IMG/VR virus record: IMGVR_UViG_2534682222_000015
Location: 1 to 20,866 of that record
Direction: 5' to 3' (one strand)
DNA length: 20,866 nucleotides
Source: a virus
Taxonomy: Duplodnaviria; Heunggongvirae; Uroviricota; Caudoviricetes
Numbering within the stretch: position 1 is the first letter of the stretch; the number at the start of each line of letters is the position of its first letter. This document shows, one piece after another, positions 1-8,380 of the stretch. A program made the position numbers and the translations under genes. A model generated the notes under the pieces. That model did no database searches and was not told the origin of the DNA. It saw only the letters and a program-made list of their open reading frames with translations.

Positions 1-1284
1 TTACTTCTTCGCCTCTGCAACCACTTTACTACCCACGCCGCGGTTATTGTATTCCCACATGCGGTTGTAGTTAGTGTCATTCAGATTGCGCTGTATTTCG
101 TCGTTATCATCTACGCTGCCGGTATTACCCGCAAACGGACGATTAGAGATCACCGCATCGGCCCACGGTTTAGCCGTGTTAAAACCTTCGTTGATGGCGC
201 TATCACGGATCACCACCTGACCGTTGGTATTGGCATCAACATCCAGCGAGCGGCCCAGTTGCGCCACACCATCACCGAAAGCATTGAAACGGCTGTTTAC
301 GGCGAGGAAACCGTAGTAAATGTTGGACAGCGTAGCCGGTGCAAACACATACGCTTCTTGCTGAGTACGTGAGTTCACCACGCGGAATTCGGTGTTATCG
401 AACACCACTGCGCCGCGACCAGAAACGATATCCACATCCCCTTCAATGTAGCTGTTGGTCACCAGCGTACGCGGCTGACGATTCGTTTCCAGACGGTTCT
501 GCACACCGCTGTTGGTGACAAAGAAGGTGTTCTGACGACCGAGAATGTTAACGTTGTTAATCTGTACCTGGTCACCATCAGTACGCAGTGCCACCGCCGG
601 ATGGTTACCTGCATCTACGCTATCGCCCAGCGTGTTTTCGATGGTCAGATTTTGCAGTTGCAGGCCATTGTTTTGTGACCAGAAGACCGCAGAGCAGAGA
701 ACACCGATACTGTCGCTGCGTTTGCTCTGGCAGCTATCGTACATATACCACGCTGGTTTACCTGGCATATATTTGCCGCGCGGGTTGACGTCGTGACGCC
801 AGTCGGCAGGGCTCATGCCACCATCAAGGGAAAGCCCAATCTTCACATCAATCGGTTTTTCACCTGTACCGTACAGAGTAATTCCACCCGGAGCGGCAGG
901 GACATATACCGTTCCCTGATACTCACCAGGCATCACGGCAATATACTGGCGCTTGTTGGTACGCTTGATAATTGCCGCATCTACCGCCGCCTGAATCGTG
1001 GTATGCGTTACACCTTGAGTGCCCGCCGGGCCGACAACAAAGTCAGGTTGCGCAGGCAGGGTAATCGGGGAAGGATTCCACGCTGCAGCACCTGGTGTCA
1101 GGGATGCAAAATAGTGTTGAGCATCGAAATTCTGCGCTTCTTTTGCCGACAGAATCGGGCGAGAAGAGGTACCAGGCGCGGTTTGATCAGAAGGACGTTG
1201 ATCGGGCGGGGTTGAGCTACAGGCGGTCAGCGTCACGCCAAAAGCCAATGCCAGCGCCAGACGGGAAACTGAAAATGTGTTCAC
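1..1284 (-). CDS. ybhC: Host outer-membrane lipoprotein YbhC (pectinesterase-like acyl-CoA thioesterase), complete, GTG start
   Basis: 427-aa ORF with lipoprotein signal (…LTACSS); recognised from memory as E. coli YbhC, the gene flanking attB-lambda on the gal side; position immediately outside attL core. Confidence 0.85.
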   Translation of the reverse strand: MNTFSVSRLALALAFGVTLTACSSTPPDQRPSDQTAPGTSSRPILSAKEAQNFDAQHYFASLTPGAAAWNPSPITLPAQPDFVVGPAGTQGVTHTTIQAAVDAAIIKRTNKRQYIAVMPGEYQGTVYVPAAPGGITLYGTGEKPIDVKIGLSLDGGMSPADWRHDVNPRGKYMPGKPAWYMYDSCQSKRSDSIGVLCSAVFWSQNNGLQLQNLTIENTLGDSVDAGNHPAVALRTDGDQVQINNVNILGRQNTFFVTNSGVQNRLETNRQPRTLVTNSYIEGDVDIVSGRGAVVFDNTEFRVVNSRTQQEAYVFAPATLSNIYYGFLAVNSRFNAFGDGVAQLGRSLDVDANTNGQVVIRDSAINEGFNTAKPWADAVISNRPFAGNTGSVDDNDEIQRNLNDTNYNRMWEYNNRGVGSKVVAEAKK

Positions 1285-1320
1285 AGGTTGCTCCGGGCTA
1301 TGAAATAGAAAAATGAATCC

Positions 1321-1418
1321 GTTGAAGCCTGCTTTTTTATACTAAGTTGGCCTTATAAAAAAGCATTGCTTATCAATTTGTTGCAACGAACAGGTCACTA
1401 TCAGTCAAAATAAAATCA
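1321..1418. mobile_element. attL: Prophage left attachment site attL (B-O-P'); lambda core GCTTTTTTATACTAA at 1331-1345, P' arm with Int arm-type sites (AGGTCACTAT / CAGTCAAAAT around 1391-1415)
   Basis: Exact lambda 15-bp core preceded by host B-arm sequence (TGAAGCCT) and followed by sequence I recognise as lambda P' arm leading into int. Confidence 0.85.
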
Positions 1419-2489
1419 TTATTTGATTTCAATTTTGTCCCACTCCCTGCCTCTGTCATCACGATACTGTGATGCCATGGTGTCCGACTTATGCCCGAGA
1501 AGATGTTGAGCAAACTTATCGCTTATCTGCTTCTCATAGAGTCTTGCAGACAAACTGCGCAACTCGTGAAAGGTAGGCGGATCCCCTTCGAAGGAAAGAC
1601 CTGATGCTTTTCGTGCGCGCATAAAATACCTTGATACTGTGCCGGATGAAAGCGGTTCACGACGAGTAGATGCAATTATGGTTTCTCCGCCAAGAATCTC
1701 TTTGCATTTATCAAGTGTTTCCTTCATTGATATCCCGAGAGCATCAACATGCAATGCTGTTGGGATGGCAATTTTTACGCCTGTTTTGCTTTGCTCGACA
1801 TAAAGATATCCATCTACGATATCAGACCACTTCATTTCGCATAAATCACCAACTCGTTGCCCGGTAACAACAGCCAGTTCCATTGCAAGTCTGAGCCAAC
1901 ATGGTGATGATTCTGCTGCTTGATAAATTTTCAGGTATTCGTCAGCTGTAAGTCTTGATCTCCTTACCTCTGATTTTGCTGCGCGAGTGGCAGCGACCGG
2001 GTTTGTTGTTATATGGCCTTCAGCTATTGCCTCTCGGAATGCATCGCTCAGTGTTGATCTGATTAACTTGGCTGACGCCGCCTTGCCATCGTCTATGTAT
2101 CCATTGAGCATTGCCGCAATTTCTTTTGTGGTGATGTTTTCAAGTGGAGCATCAGGCAGACCCCTCCTTATTGCTTTAATTTTGCTCATGTAATTTATGA
2201 GTGTCTTCTGCTTGATTCCTCTGCTGGCGAGGATTTTTTCGTAGCGATCAAGCCATGAATGTAACGTAACAGAATTATCACTGTTGATTCTTGCTGTCAG
2301 AGGCTTGTGTTTGGGTCCTGAGAATAACTCAATGTTGGCCTGTATAGCTTCAGTGATTGCTATCCTTCTGTCTCTGCCTAATCCGAACTCTTTACCCGTC
2401 CTTGGGTCCCTGTAGCAGTAATATCCATTGTTTCTTATATAAAGGTTAGGGGGTAAATCCCGGCGCTCATGACTTCGCCTTCTTCCCAT
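1419..2489 (-). CDS. int: Tyrosine integrase, lambda Int type (356 aa)
   Basis: 356-aa ORF starting MGRRRSHERRDLPPNLYIRNNGYYCYRDPRTGKEF…, essentially the lambda Int sequence as I recall it; adjacent to attL. Confidence 0.95.
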   Translation of the reverse strand: MGRRRSHERRDLPPNLYIRNNGYYCYRDPRTGKEFGLGRDRRIAITEAIQANIELFSGPKHKPLTARINSDNSVTLHSWLDRYEKILASRGIKQKTLINYMSKIKAIRRGLPDAPLENITTKEIAAMLNGYIDDGKAASAKLIRSTLSDAFREAIAEGHITTNPVAATRAAKSEVRRSRLTADEYLKIYQAAESSPCWLRLAMELAVVTGQRVGDLCEMKWSDIVDGYLYVEQSKTGVKIAIPTALHVDALGISMKETLDKCKEILGGETIIASTRREPLSSGTVSRYFMRARKASGLSFEGDPPTFHELRSLSARLYEKQISDKFAQHLLGHKSDTMASQYRDDRGREWDKIEIK

Positions 2490-2685
2490 TTCTGATCCTC
2501 TTCAAAAGGCTACCTGTTATTGGTCGATTTAAGTCAACCTTTACCGCTGATTCGTGGAACAGATACTCTCTTCCATCCTTAACCGGAGGAGGGAATATCC
2601 TGCACTCGCGTACCCATCGACGAACTGTTTCAAGGCTTCTTGGGCGTCGCTGGCGTGCGTTCCACTCCTGAAGTGTCAAGTACAT
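2467..2685 (-). CDS. xis: Excisionase, lambda Xis type (72 aa)
   Basis: MYLTLQEWNARQRRPRSLETVRRWVRECRIFPPP… matches lambda Xis from memory; overlaps int start as in lambda. Confidence 0.95.
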   Translation of the reverse strand: MYLTLQEWNARQRRPRSLETVRRWVRECRIFPPPVKDGREYLFHESAVKVDLNRPITGSLLKRIRNGKKAKS

Positions 2686-2711
2686 CGCAAAGTCTCCGCA
2701 ATTACACGCAA
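2686..2711 (-). promoter_or_regulatory. PI promoter region with CII recognition repeat TTGC-N6-TTGC (minus-strand TTGCGTGTAATTGC) just upstream of xis ATG
   Basis: Minus-strand sequence CTTGCGTGTAATTGCGGAGACTTTGCGATG; TTGC-N6-TTGC is the established lambda CII site; arrangement as in lambda PI. Confidence 0.6.
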
Positions 2712-2712
2712 G

Positions 2713-2734
2713 AAAAAACCGCCATCAGGCGGTT
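2713..2734 (-). terminator. Intrinsic terminator hairpin (AACCGCC-loop-GGCGGTT) followed by U-run on minus strand, at the 3' end of the 55-aa gene
   Basis: Inverted repeat aaccgcc/ggcggtt with A6 on plus strand (U-run on minus-strand transcript). Confidence 0.55.
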
Positions 2735-2892
2735 TTGTGTTCTTTCAGTTCTTCAATTCGAATATTGGTTACGTCTGCATGTGCTATCTGCGCCCATATC
2801 ATCAAGTGGTCATAGCAGTCGTTGAAGTCCTCTGCTTCGATAACCCTGTTGAATGGTTCTCCATTCCATTCACCTGTGACTCGAAAGTGCAT
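2725..2892 (-). CDS. Hypothetical small protein (55 aa; MHFRVTGEWNGEPFNRV…), not in supplied ORF track
   Basis: ATG with GGAGATGA RBS 6 nt upstream, ORF ends in terminator loop; found by manual translation of minus strand. Confidence 0.45.
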   Translation of the reverse strand: MHFRVTGEWNGEPFNRVIEAEDFNDCYDHLMIWAQIAHADVTNIRIEELKEHKTA

Positions 2893-2992
2893 TTATCATC
2901 TCCATAAAGCAAAACTCGCCGTAGCGAGTTCAGATAAAAGAAATCCCCGCGAGTGCGAGGATTGTTATTCACCTTTGACGGCAAGTTGCAGG

Positions 2993-3391
2993 TTAGCCAT
3001 GGTTAACCTCCTGCTCAATATTTTTAAGGTCATTTTCCGCATACAGTATTGCAGTCCTTGCTGCTCGCAACCGTGCTTTGGTGTTCTTTTCTTCGCGCTC
3101 AAGGTTGGCTACAGACTCGCGCAACTCATCACGGCGACGATGGAGTTGCTCAATCTCAGTGACGATATGCTCACCATCAGTAGCTACCTGCAGGATGTGC
3201 TCGAAGGGGTCAATAACGCAGCCGCACTTTGTGCAACGAACAACGCGATCAGTTTCACAAACCTCGATAGCCCGATGCTTACAGCTATGTTGTATGTAGT
3301 TTTTTCTGTCAGTTACAGTGATGTTCAGCAGTTTCTCTTCATTGCGCTTTGGCTGCACCAGAGAGATGACGTTGTCGCTTTCATTTTCCAT
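2993..3391 (-). CDS. Hypothetical protein with Cys-rich zinc-ribbon-like segment (C…C…CxxCxC) and C-terminal coiled-coil
   Basis: 132-aa ORF, GGAGG RBS, start overlaps stop of upstream gene (translational coupling). Confidence 0.6.
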   Translation of the reverse strand: MENESDNVISLVQPKRNEEKLLNITVTDRKNYIQHSCKHRAIEVCETDRVVRCTKCGCVIDPFEHILQVATDGEHIVTEIEQLHRRRDELRESVANLEREEKNTKARLRAARTAILYAENDLKNIEQEVNHG

Positions 3392-4179
3392 TACTTCGCC
3401 TCCAGCGGAGGTTCTGGTAGCGGCATCCAGTGAGTTGCTTGCTCAATACCATTACCCGGCTTAATCGTTGCATCTCCGCGCCGAAAGGTGCTTCCGGTAT
3501 AGCGTGCGGAGCATATTAGCGGTTCAACCAGAGAGCTATCGAAATTCACCGAAATAAGCACGTTCTGGCCCTTTTCAGGCATTCGCTCACTACAGCTTAT
3601 CCAACTATCCGAAATTACCGGAGAGTTGCCAGGCTTCACATATCCACTGTGTGCGTCGGCATCGTATTCAAGAATGTCCGGCTCCTCTGACAATTCACCA
3701 ATCAAATGGCGCATGCGGTCAGATTTGTAGCGAACGCGGTCAGGATGCTCGGAACGCTCGATTGTGATGCCTTCCCATGGGTGCTGGCCTTTTCGATGCA
3801 GCATTGCGGTCCAGTTTGTTTTGCCGTTCGTTTCAGGCATTGATCCGTACCAGACTGTTAGTTCTGGCTTGCCATCGGCACCCTGAAGCATGGCGGCGCG
3901 GCAGGCTTCAAATACCGCATTGTTAAACCTCACACCTTCAAAAAAGATTTTCCCATTATGCTCAAACCAGAACTCGGACTTCTCAACATCGGGTAAGAGG
4001 CTTTTAAGCACGCCCTCAGACACTGATAACACCGCTGGCTGCGGTAACTGTGGTGCTGTGCTAGTGAGCATGGACATCAACGCGCAGATGGTGTCCTCGC
4101 TGATTTCAAACATACCACTGGCGTTCTGCGTCGAGGCTTTCAGGTCTTCGATAATGCTCTGTTTCGTAAATTCAGCCAT
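3391..4179 (-). CDS. Hypothetical phage protein (262 aa), Trp-rich C-terminal region
   Basis: Long ORF in operon orientation, tightly packed with neighbours; no confident family assignment. Confidence 0.6.
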   Translation of the reverse strand: MAEFTKQSIIEDLKASTQNASGMFEISEDTICALMSMLTSTAPQLPQPAVLSVSEGVLKSLLPDVEKSEFWFEHNGKIFFEGVRFNNAVFEACRAAMLQGADGKPELTVWYGSMPETNGKTNWTAMLHRKGQHPWEGITIERSEHPDRVRYKSDRMRHLIGELSEEPDILEYDADAHSGYVKPGNSPVISDSWISCSERMPEKGQNVLISVNFDSSLVEPLICSARYTGSTFRRGDATIKPGNGIEQATHWMPLPEPPLEAK

Positions 4180-4182
4180 ACC

Positions 4183-4587
4183 CTACCCCCCCACCTTAGT
4201 GATGATACCATCGGCGATTTTTTTCGGGCTATATGCTGCTATGCATTGCTCATATCTAGCCTGGTCGTTTGTCTGTCCGTAGCTAAAACCATGCTGAAGG
4301 CCATGGCGAAACGCGCTATCCTGCAATTTGTCAGTGGCTTGGAGTTTCGCCTCCAGCTCAGCGTTGCGCCTGTCTTTGGATTCCAGCTCATCCAGCAGCG
4401 CCAGCACGGTAGTGGGGTTTGCTGCGGAGTTCAGCGCGTTCAAGGCAGTGATATCTGCATCAAGCTGAGTTCCTTCTGCCAGTGAGATATCGAAAATGTC
4501 ATCAGGCGGCATAACACTAAGGCGCTCATGTGCGCCAACTGCTGCCGCTGCGATTTCACGCAGCGCCTGTTTGTCGATGTTGCTCAT
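4183..4587 (-). CDS. Hypothetical phage protein (134 aa from MSNIDKQ…; ORF track shows longer 152-aa frame)
   Basis: AGGAGG RBS 7 nt upstream of internal ATG at 4587; ATGA overlap with stop of upstream gene. Confidence 0.55.
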   Translation of the reverse strand: MSNIDKQALREIAAAAVGAHERLSVMPPDDIFDISLAEGTQLDADITALNALNSAANPTTVLALLDELESKDRRNAELEAKLQATDKLQDSAFRHGLQHGFSYGQTNDQARYEQCIAAYSPKKIADGIITKVGG

Positions 4588-5240
4588 TGGGCTGCCTCCT
4601 GGCGAAGTTGGGCGGCGCGAATTGCTTTCCACTGCGACCACATTCCGTTGTAATCAGTACCGGAAAGAGTTGAGTTGCGGTAGCCGTCATCAGTGCGCAA
4701 ACCTTCTAGCGTGGTCTTAGAGATGAATATCTTCTCCATTACCCATTCTTCGAATAAATCACGCTCCGTCGCTTCATCTGGAATAGCACTTGCCCGTACT
4801 TCAGCCAGGAAAGCGTCGGTGGCCGGGGTGTTGATTTCTGGCTTGGCATATACCGGCCAGCAATCAGTACCGTCGGAATTCTTGTGGCCAGCATCATCGT
4901 GAACATCAAGATACTCACCGCACGGGAGAGGGTCTTCCCATGTTGGCGGGATAGTGTGCCAGGATAGATAGGCTTGAGGCTTGTCAAACGCAGCCTTCAG
5001 CCCAGCATTCTCCGCCGCCAGCACTGAAAACTTCTCGTGTGCCAACTTAACAGCCGAATCAGCCTGCTTAATTGACTCAATCGCTTTCTGGTGGTCTTCG
5101 GACAGAGCCGAAATCTTAGCCTCCGCTTCAGCAAATTTACGCACCAGATATTCAGCGTTTGTTTCGTTAACCTTTAAATCTCGTGGGATGCATTTACCTT
5201 TCAGAAATCCATCCATCTCAATTAGTGACATTTGTTTCAT
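4584..5240 (-). CDS. Hypothetical phage protein (about 218 aa; start chosen at MKQMS… by ATGA coupling with upstream stop)
   Basis: ORF 4584..5258 in track; upstream gene stop overlaps ATG at 5240. Confidence 0.55.
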   Translation of the reverse strand: MKQMSLIEMDGFLKGKCIPRDLKVNETNAEYLVRKFAEAEAKISALSEDHQKAIESIKQADSAVKLAHEKFSVLAAENAGLKAAFDKPQAYLSWHTIPPTWEDPLPCGEYLDVHDDAGHKNSDGTDCWPVYAKPEINTPATDAFLAEVRASAIPDEATERDLFEEWVMEKIFISKTTLEGLRTDDGYRNSTLSGTDYNGMWSQWKAIRAAQLRQEAAQ

Positions 5241-5419
5241 TTCTTCCCACTCCGCCATATCGCATTCAGATATTTGTTTTGATTTACTGATGGAAAAGAA
5301 TTTCTCTTAAGCAATTCCTCTCTCGATGGCATTGGCTTTACGCGTTGGCGAATAATCATTTCTGCCGGAAGAATGCCGGGATTGTATGCAAGTCCTCTCA
5401 TGGTAAATTCCTCAGTCAT
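5237..5419 (-). CDS. Hypothetical small protein (60 aa; [15 protein letters not shown]…)
   Basis: Internal start of track ORF 5237..5554 overlapping the stop of the 98-aa upstream gene; remainder of the longer frame overlaps that gene. Confidence 0.4.
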   Translation of the reverse strand: MTEEFTMRGLAYNPGILPAEMIIRQRVKPMPSREELLKRNSFPSVNQNKYLNAIWRSGKK

Positions 5420-5708
5420 TACTGATAGCGCCATAGCGTGAGCGGTAATTACGCAGGCGCGGGTCGATATATTCAGGGAAGTGGGTATATGTGGCTTTGC
5501 GGAATGGTCGGATTGATGTCTGGTAAATTCGCTCTCGTTCTTCTTTCTCTGCAAGCCATATACAGTGGCGAAATTCCTTTTCCTCTTTCGTTTCCTGCGG
5601 TAGAGACATTATCCGGTCGTAGTTTTTCCTGAATTTATCCAGCACCTCCGATACGGAATTGCCGGAACAGCGGCGCGCGTCGTCCGCACCATACAGAGGC
5701 GCTGGCAT
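5412..5708 (-). CDS. Hypothetical protein (98 aa)
   Basis: AAGGA RBS upstream of ATG at 5708; operon context. Confidence 0.5.
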   Translation of the reverse strand: MPAPLYGADDARRCSGNSVSEVLDKFRKNYDRIMSLPQETKEEKEFRHCIWLAEKEERERIYQTSIRPFRKATYTHFPEYIDPRLRNYRSRYGAISND

Positions 5709-5731
5709 AATGGAATCCTTATGTTGCTACT

Positions 5732-6115
5732 TTAGAAGGGAATTGAATCGTCGTATTCAGGATGATTTTGATGATTGCTACTTTGCTGCTGTTGGCTGTT
5801 TCCTGAGGTTGCAAATCCAATCTTTGCATTCAGTAATTCAAGAGTGATTGATTGACCATTTTGCCCCTGATAAACATCAACCCTGATGTTTTCTCCGGTA
5901 ATTTCCACAATGCCACCTTCAACAAGAACGCTACGGTAGTAATCCGCTTGCGCTCCCGGCTTGGCAAATACAACGGCGCTGTAGTTTGTCCATTCTTTCT
6001 TTTTTGTCTGGCGATCGTAATACTGAACGCCAGCACGGATGTTGAATCCGATATTTTCCCCGGCCTGAAACTCTCTTGCGGGCTTGTTTAGTCTTACAGT
6101 AATCGAATGTGCCAT
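5732..6115 (-). CDS. ssb: Single-stranded DNA-binding protein (phage SSB; acidic C-terminal tip …EYDDSIPF)
   Basis: 127-aa ORF ending in the DD(S/D)IPF tail characteristic of bacterial/phage SSB; directly downstream of erf. Confidence 0.7.
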   Translation of the reverse strand: MAHSITVRLNKPAREFQAGENIGFNIRAGVQYYDRQTKKKEWTNYSAVVFAKPGAQADYYRSVLVEGGIVEITGENIRVDVYQGQNGQSITLELLNAKIGFATSGNSQQQQSSNHQNHPEYDDSIPF

Positions 6116-6720
6116 TAAGCAGCCGCTCCTTCTAATTCATCTCGTCTGATGTTGTAAACGTCCTGCGCTTTGTGCTGCTCCGGTGTGCCTTCGAGCATCT
6201 TCCACGCTTTGGCGAACGCCTGTTTAAGCTCTTCTACGGTGTTTTTCTGCATTGCTGCGTCAGTGAATGCTTTTAGAACCTGTTCAGGTGTAGGTGATGG
6301 TTTTGATTGCTTTGCTGCTGCGTTCTGCTGATGTTTATGCTCGTCTGTATCTGCATCTTTCGCATCATCAATGCCGAACAAACCATTGAGGCAATACTTG
6401 CGCGCATAAGAACTTGTAGCTCCAGTAACTTGTGCAGAATCCATTCCTTTCTTGCTTTCTTCCTCTCGTGCAAGAGCGGTTGCCGTATGACTGTTTTCGC
6501 CATCGGTAATAGTTGCCGTAGCTTTCACGTAATACCGATCACCAATCAACACAACTTCATCGCTGATTGATAAAAACAGGCCATTCAGTAACGGCTTAAC
6601 GCCTTCAAGAATGTCTTCGCAGCTTCTGTATTTATATTTGCCGAATGAGTTGTACTGATTCTTTGGCGCGTTCAGATTCTCCTGAATAGCTGCCAGTCTT
6701 GCGTAAAATTCTTTGCTCAT
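6115..6720 (-). CDS. erf: Erf-family single-strand annealing recombinase (P22 Erf-like); start at MSKEFYARL…
   Basis: Sequence MSKEFYARLAAIQENLNAPKNQYNSFGKYKYRSCEDILEGVKPLL… closely resembles P22 Erf as I recall it; track ORF extends 10 codons upstream to a TTG. Confidence 0.8.
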   Translation of the reverse strand: MSKEFYARLAAIQENLNAPKNQYNSFGKYKYRSCEDILEGVKPLLNGLFLSISDEVVLIGDRYYVKATATITDGENSHTATALAREEESKKGMDSAQVTGATSSYARKYCLNGLFGIDDAKDADTDEHKHQQNAAAKQSKPSPTPEQVLKAFTDAAMQKNTVEELKQAFAKAWKMLEGTPEQHKAQDVYNIRRDELEGAAA

Positions 6721-6821
6721 ATGATTGTTCTCAGAATGGACACGGCCCAAGGAAATAACGCTGATTTAATACTTCGACTCGGGACAAATTAAGGCATACC
6801 CGCATTCCTTCGCGGTCGCCA

Positions 6822-6980
6822 TTATGGCGATACCAGAGAGCTTTCTGCGTGTACATGCGTCTCTGTAACTTGCTCTCCTTCACTGTGGTTGCAAGTGACA
6901 TGAATATCTCCTTCGTTACCGATTAATTCTTTCATCTGACGAATGAATTCTTCGTCTGACCAGTTATCTGTAAAACTCAT
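6822..6980 (-). CDS. Hypothetical small protein (52 aa; MSFTDNWSDEEFIRQM…), possibly Arf-like accessory recombination gene
   Basis: Manual translation; ATGA overlap with kil stop; position between kil and erf as P22 arf. Not in ORF track (<60 aa). Confidence 0.35.
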   Translation of the reverse strand: MSFTDNWSDEEFIRQMKELIGNEGDIHVTCNHSEGEQVTETHVHAESSLVSP

Positions 6981-7129
6981 TTCCTGCGATACCACGGAAG
7001 GTTGATAGCTGATTTCATCGCTTTATTTGCTTCAAGCCACATTTTTGAATCACCAATAAATCTGGCTATTACTGCTTTGTTCTGTGCAGCACGAAGCATC
7101 TGGTGATTGATGGCTATTTCATTGCGCAT
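6977..7129 (-). CDS. kil: Kil-like host-killing (FtsZ-inhibiting) small protein (50 aa)
   Basis: Manual translation MRNEIAINHQMLRAAQNKAVIARFIGDSKMWLEANKAM…; FIGDxKM motif and position immediately downstream of cIII as in lambda. Not in ORF track. Confidence 0.5.
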   Translation of the reverse strand: MRNEIAINHQMLRAAQNKAVIARFIGDSKMWLEANKAMKSAINLPWYRRK

Positions 7130-7245
7130 AATAAGACCTCAACTCTTTTCCATCCGTCACGTAATTTACGGGTGATTCGTTCAAGTAAAGATTCATTTAA
7201 TTGGAAGGCACCCATGCGAGCGCCTCCCGCGATTGCGTAAATCAT
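7114..7245 (-). CDS. cIII: CIII (FtsH/HflB inhibitor) homologue (43 aa)
   Basis: Manual translation MIYAIAGGARMGAFQLNESLLERITRKLRDGWKRVEVLL…; the ESLLERITRKLRDGWKR core matches lambda CIII from memory; AAGGA RBS. Confidence 0.7.
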   Translation of the reverse strand: MIYAIAGGARMGAFQLNESLLERITRKLRDGWKRVEVLLCAMK

Positions 7246-7269
7246 GGGTGGTTCCTTATGTTGGTTTTA

Positions 7270-8238
7270 TTAGTAGGTTATTTTTGTTGCGAATACTTCG
7301 CCTTTTACGATGGCTGTTATGATATTTTTAGCAACATCTTCTGATGCGCCAACCTTGATAAGGTCAGCAAGTATTTTGTTATTTACTTCTTTCCGGTGAG
7401 CTTTATCCTTTGCTCTACACTCTTCCTCTTCCTTGATTCTTTTTTCTTCTGCTATTCTGGCTTGCTCTTTTGCTTCAGCCTCGCGCCGGATTCGTTCAGC
7501 CTCCTCCTGTGCTTTTCGGCGTTCTGCTTCAATTGCCGCCTGCTTTTCTCTTTCAGCTCGTTCTGCTGCCTCTTTTGCTTCGCGCTGTGCTCGTTGCTCG
7601 GCTTCAATGCGTTCACGCTCTGCACGTTCCGCTGCGGCCTTAGCTTCTGCTTCTCGCCTTGCTGCTGCTTCAATTTCGGCTTTTGCCTTTGCTTCGGCTT
7701 CTGCTCTGGCTTTCTCTTCAGCTTCTCTTTTTAAGCGTTCTTCATGCTCTCGCTTTTCCTGCTCCGCTTTGAGTCTTGCCTCTTCTCTTTGGCGGTCAAA
7801 TTCGCGATCCATCAAAATAGCTATTTCATGGTCAGACTCAATTTGCTTTGCGAGAGCTTCAGCTGCTGCCTTAGCTTCTTCTTCGGCTTTAATCCGTGCC
7901 TGTTCCTCCTCATAATCAGTAAGAGGCTGGCGTGCCTTGGATTTCAGCTCATCAAGGCGATCACGCACTGTCTTGCGGTTGGCATCAATTAGCTTTGGAA
8001 TTTCCTTCAGTTCAGCAACAAGGTCTTTTCCAAGACCATCGAGATATGTTTTCGTCTGCGCAACTTTATACGCCAGAGAAGCGATCTCCTTTCTGCCCTT
8101 TGCCGTTGTGATATCAGGCACAAAGGACATAACTTCACGTTCAACCCTTTGAAGGATTTCTTCAATCTGGTCGGCAGACTGAAATACAGTCATTGCATTT
8201 GCTTTTTCAATAACAACTAAATCTGTTACTTCACTCAT
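7270..8238 (-). CDS. Hypothetical protein with long E/R/K/A-rich predicted single alpha-helix / coiled-coil core (322 aa)
   Basis: GGAGGA RBS; central about 140 residues are almost exclusively E, A, K, R, Q; globular N- and C-terminal ends. Confidence 0.65.
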   Translation of the reverse strand: MSEVTDLVVIEKANAMTVFQSADQIEEILQRVEREVMSFVPDITTAKGRKEIASLAYKVAQTKTYLDGLGKDLVAELKEIPKLIDANRKTVRDRLDELKSKARQPLTDYEEEQARIKAEEEAKAAAEALAKQIESDHEIAILMDREFDRQREEARLKAEQEKREHEERLKREAEEKARAEAEAKAKAEIEAAARREAEAKAAAERAERERIEAEQRAQREAKEAAERAEREKQAAIEAERRKAQEEAERIRREAEAKEQARIAEEKRIKEEEECRAKDKAHRKEVNNKILADLIKVGASEDVAKNIITAIVKGEVFATKITY

Positions 8239-8250
8239 ATATCCTCCGTC

Positions 8251-8276
8251 AAAAAATTGCCCTCACACTGGAGGGC
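8251..8276 (-). terminator. Intrinsic terminator (GCCCTC-loop-GAGGGC + U-run on minus strand) between the 156-aa gene and the 322-aa gene
   Basis: Inverted repeat gccctcacactggagggc at 8259-8276 with A-run 8251-8258 on plus strand. Confidence 0.5.
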
Positions 8277-8380
8277 AAAGAAGATTTCCAATAATCAGAA
8301 CAAGTCGGCTCCTGTTTAGTTACGAGCGACATTGCTCCGTGTATTCACTCGTTGGAATGAATACACAGTGCTTATTCGTA

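Noticed and set aside
545-1316. Plus-strand ORFs (545..796, 588..788, 793..1215, 1095..1316) inside ybhC
   Set aside because: Antisense to a well-supported host gene; Arg/Cys-rich translations typical of spurious frames.
4187-4193. Homopolymeric C7 tract that could be a slipped-strand phase-variation switch
   Set aside because: It lies in the last codons (Gly-Gly) of the 134-aa gene on the minus strand and is short; more simply explained as coding sequence.
7396-7992. Several ORFs on both strands (e.g. 7396..7734 +, 7433..7915 +, 7452..7673 -) with Cys/Ser/Phe- or Ala/Ser-rich translations
   Set aside because: They sit entirely inside the ER/K-rich 322-aa gene; low-complexity GAA/GCT-rich DNA yields open frames in every phase. 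The minus-strand frame with RBS and operon context is the real gene.
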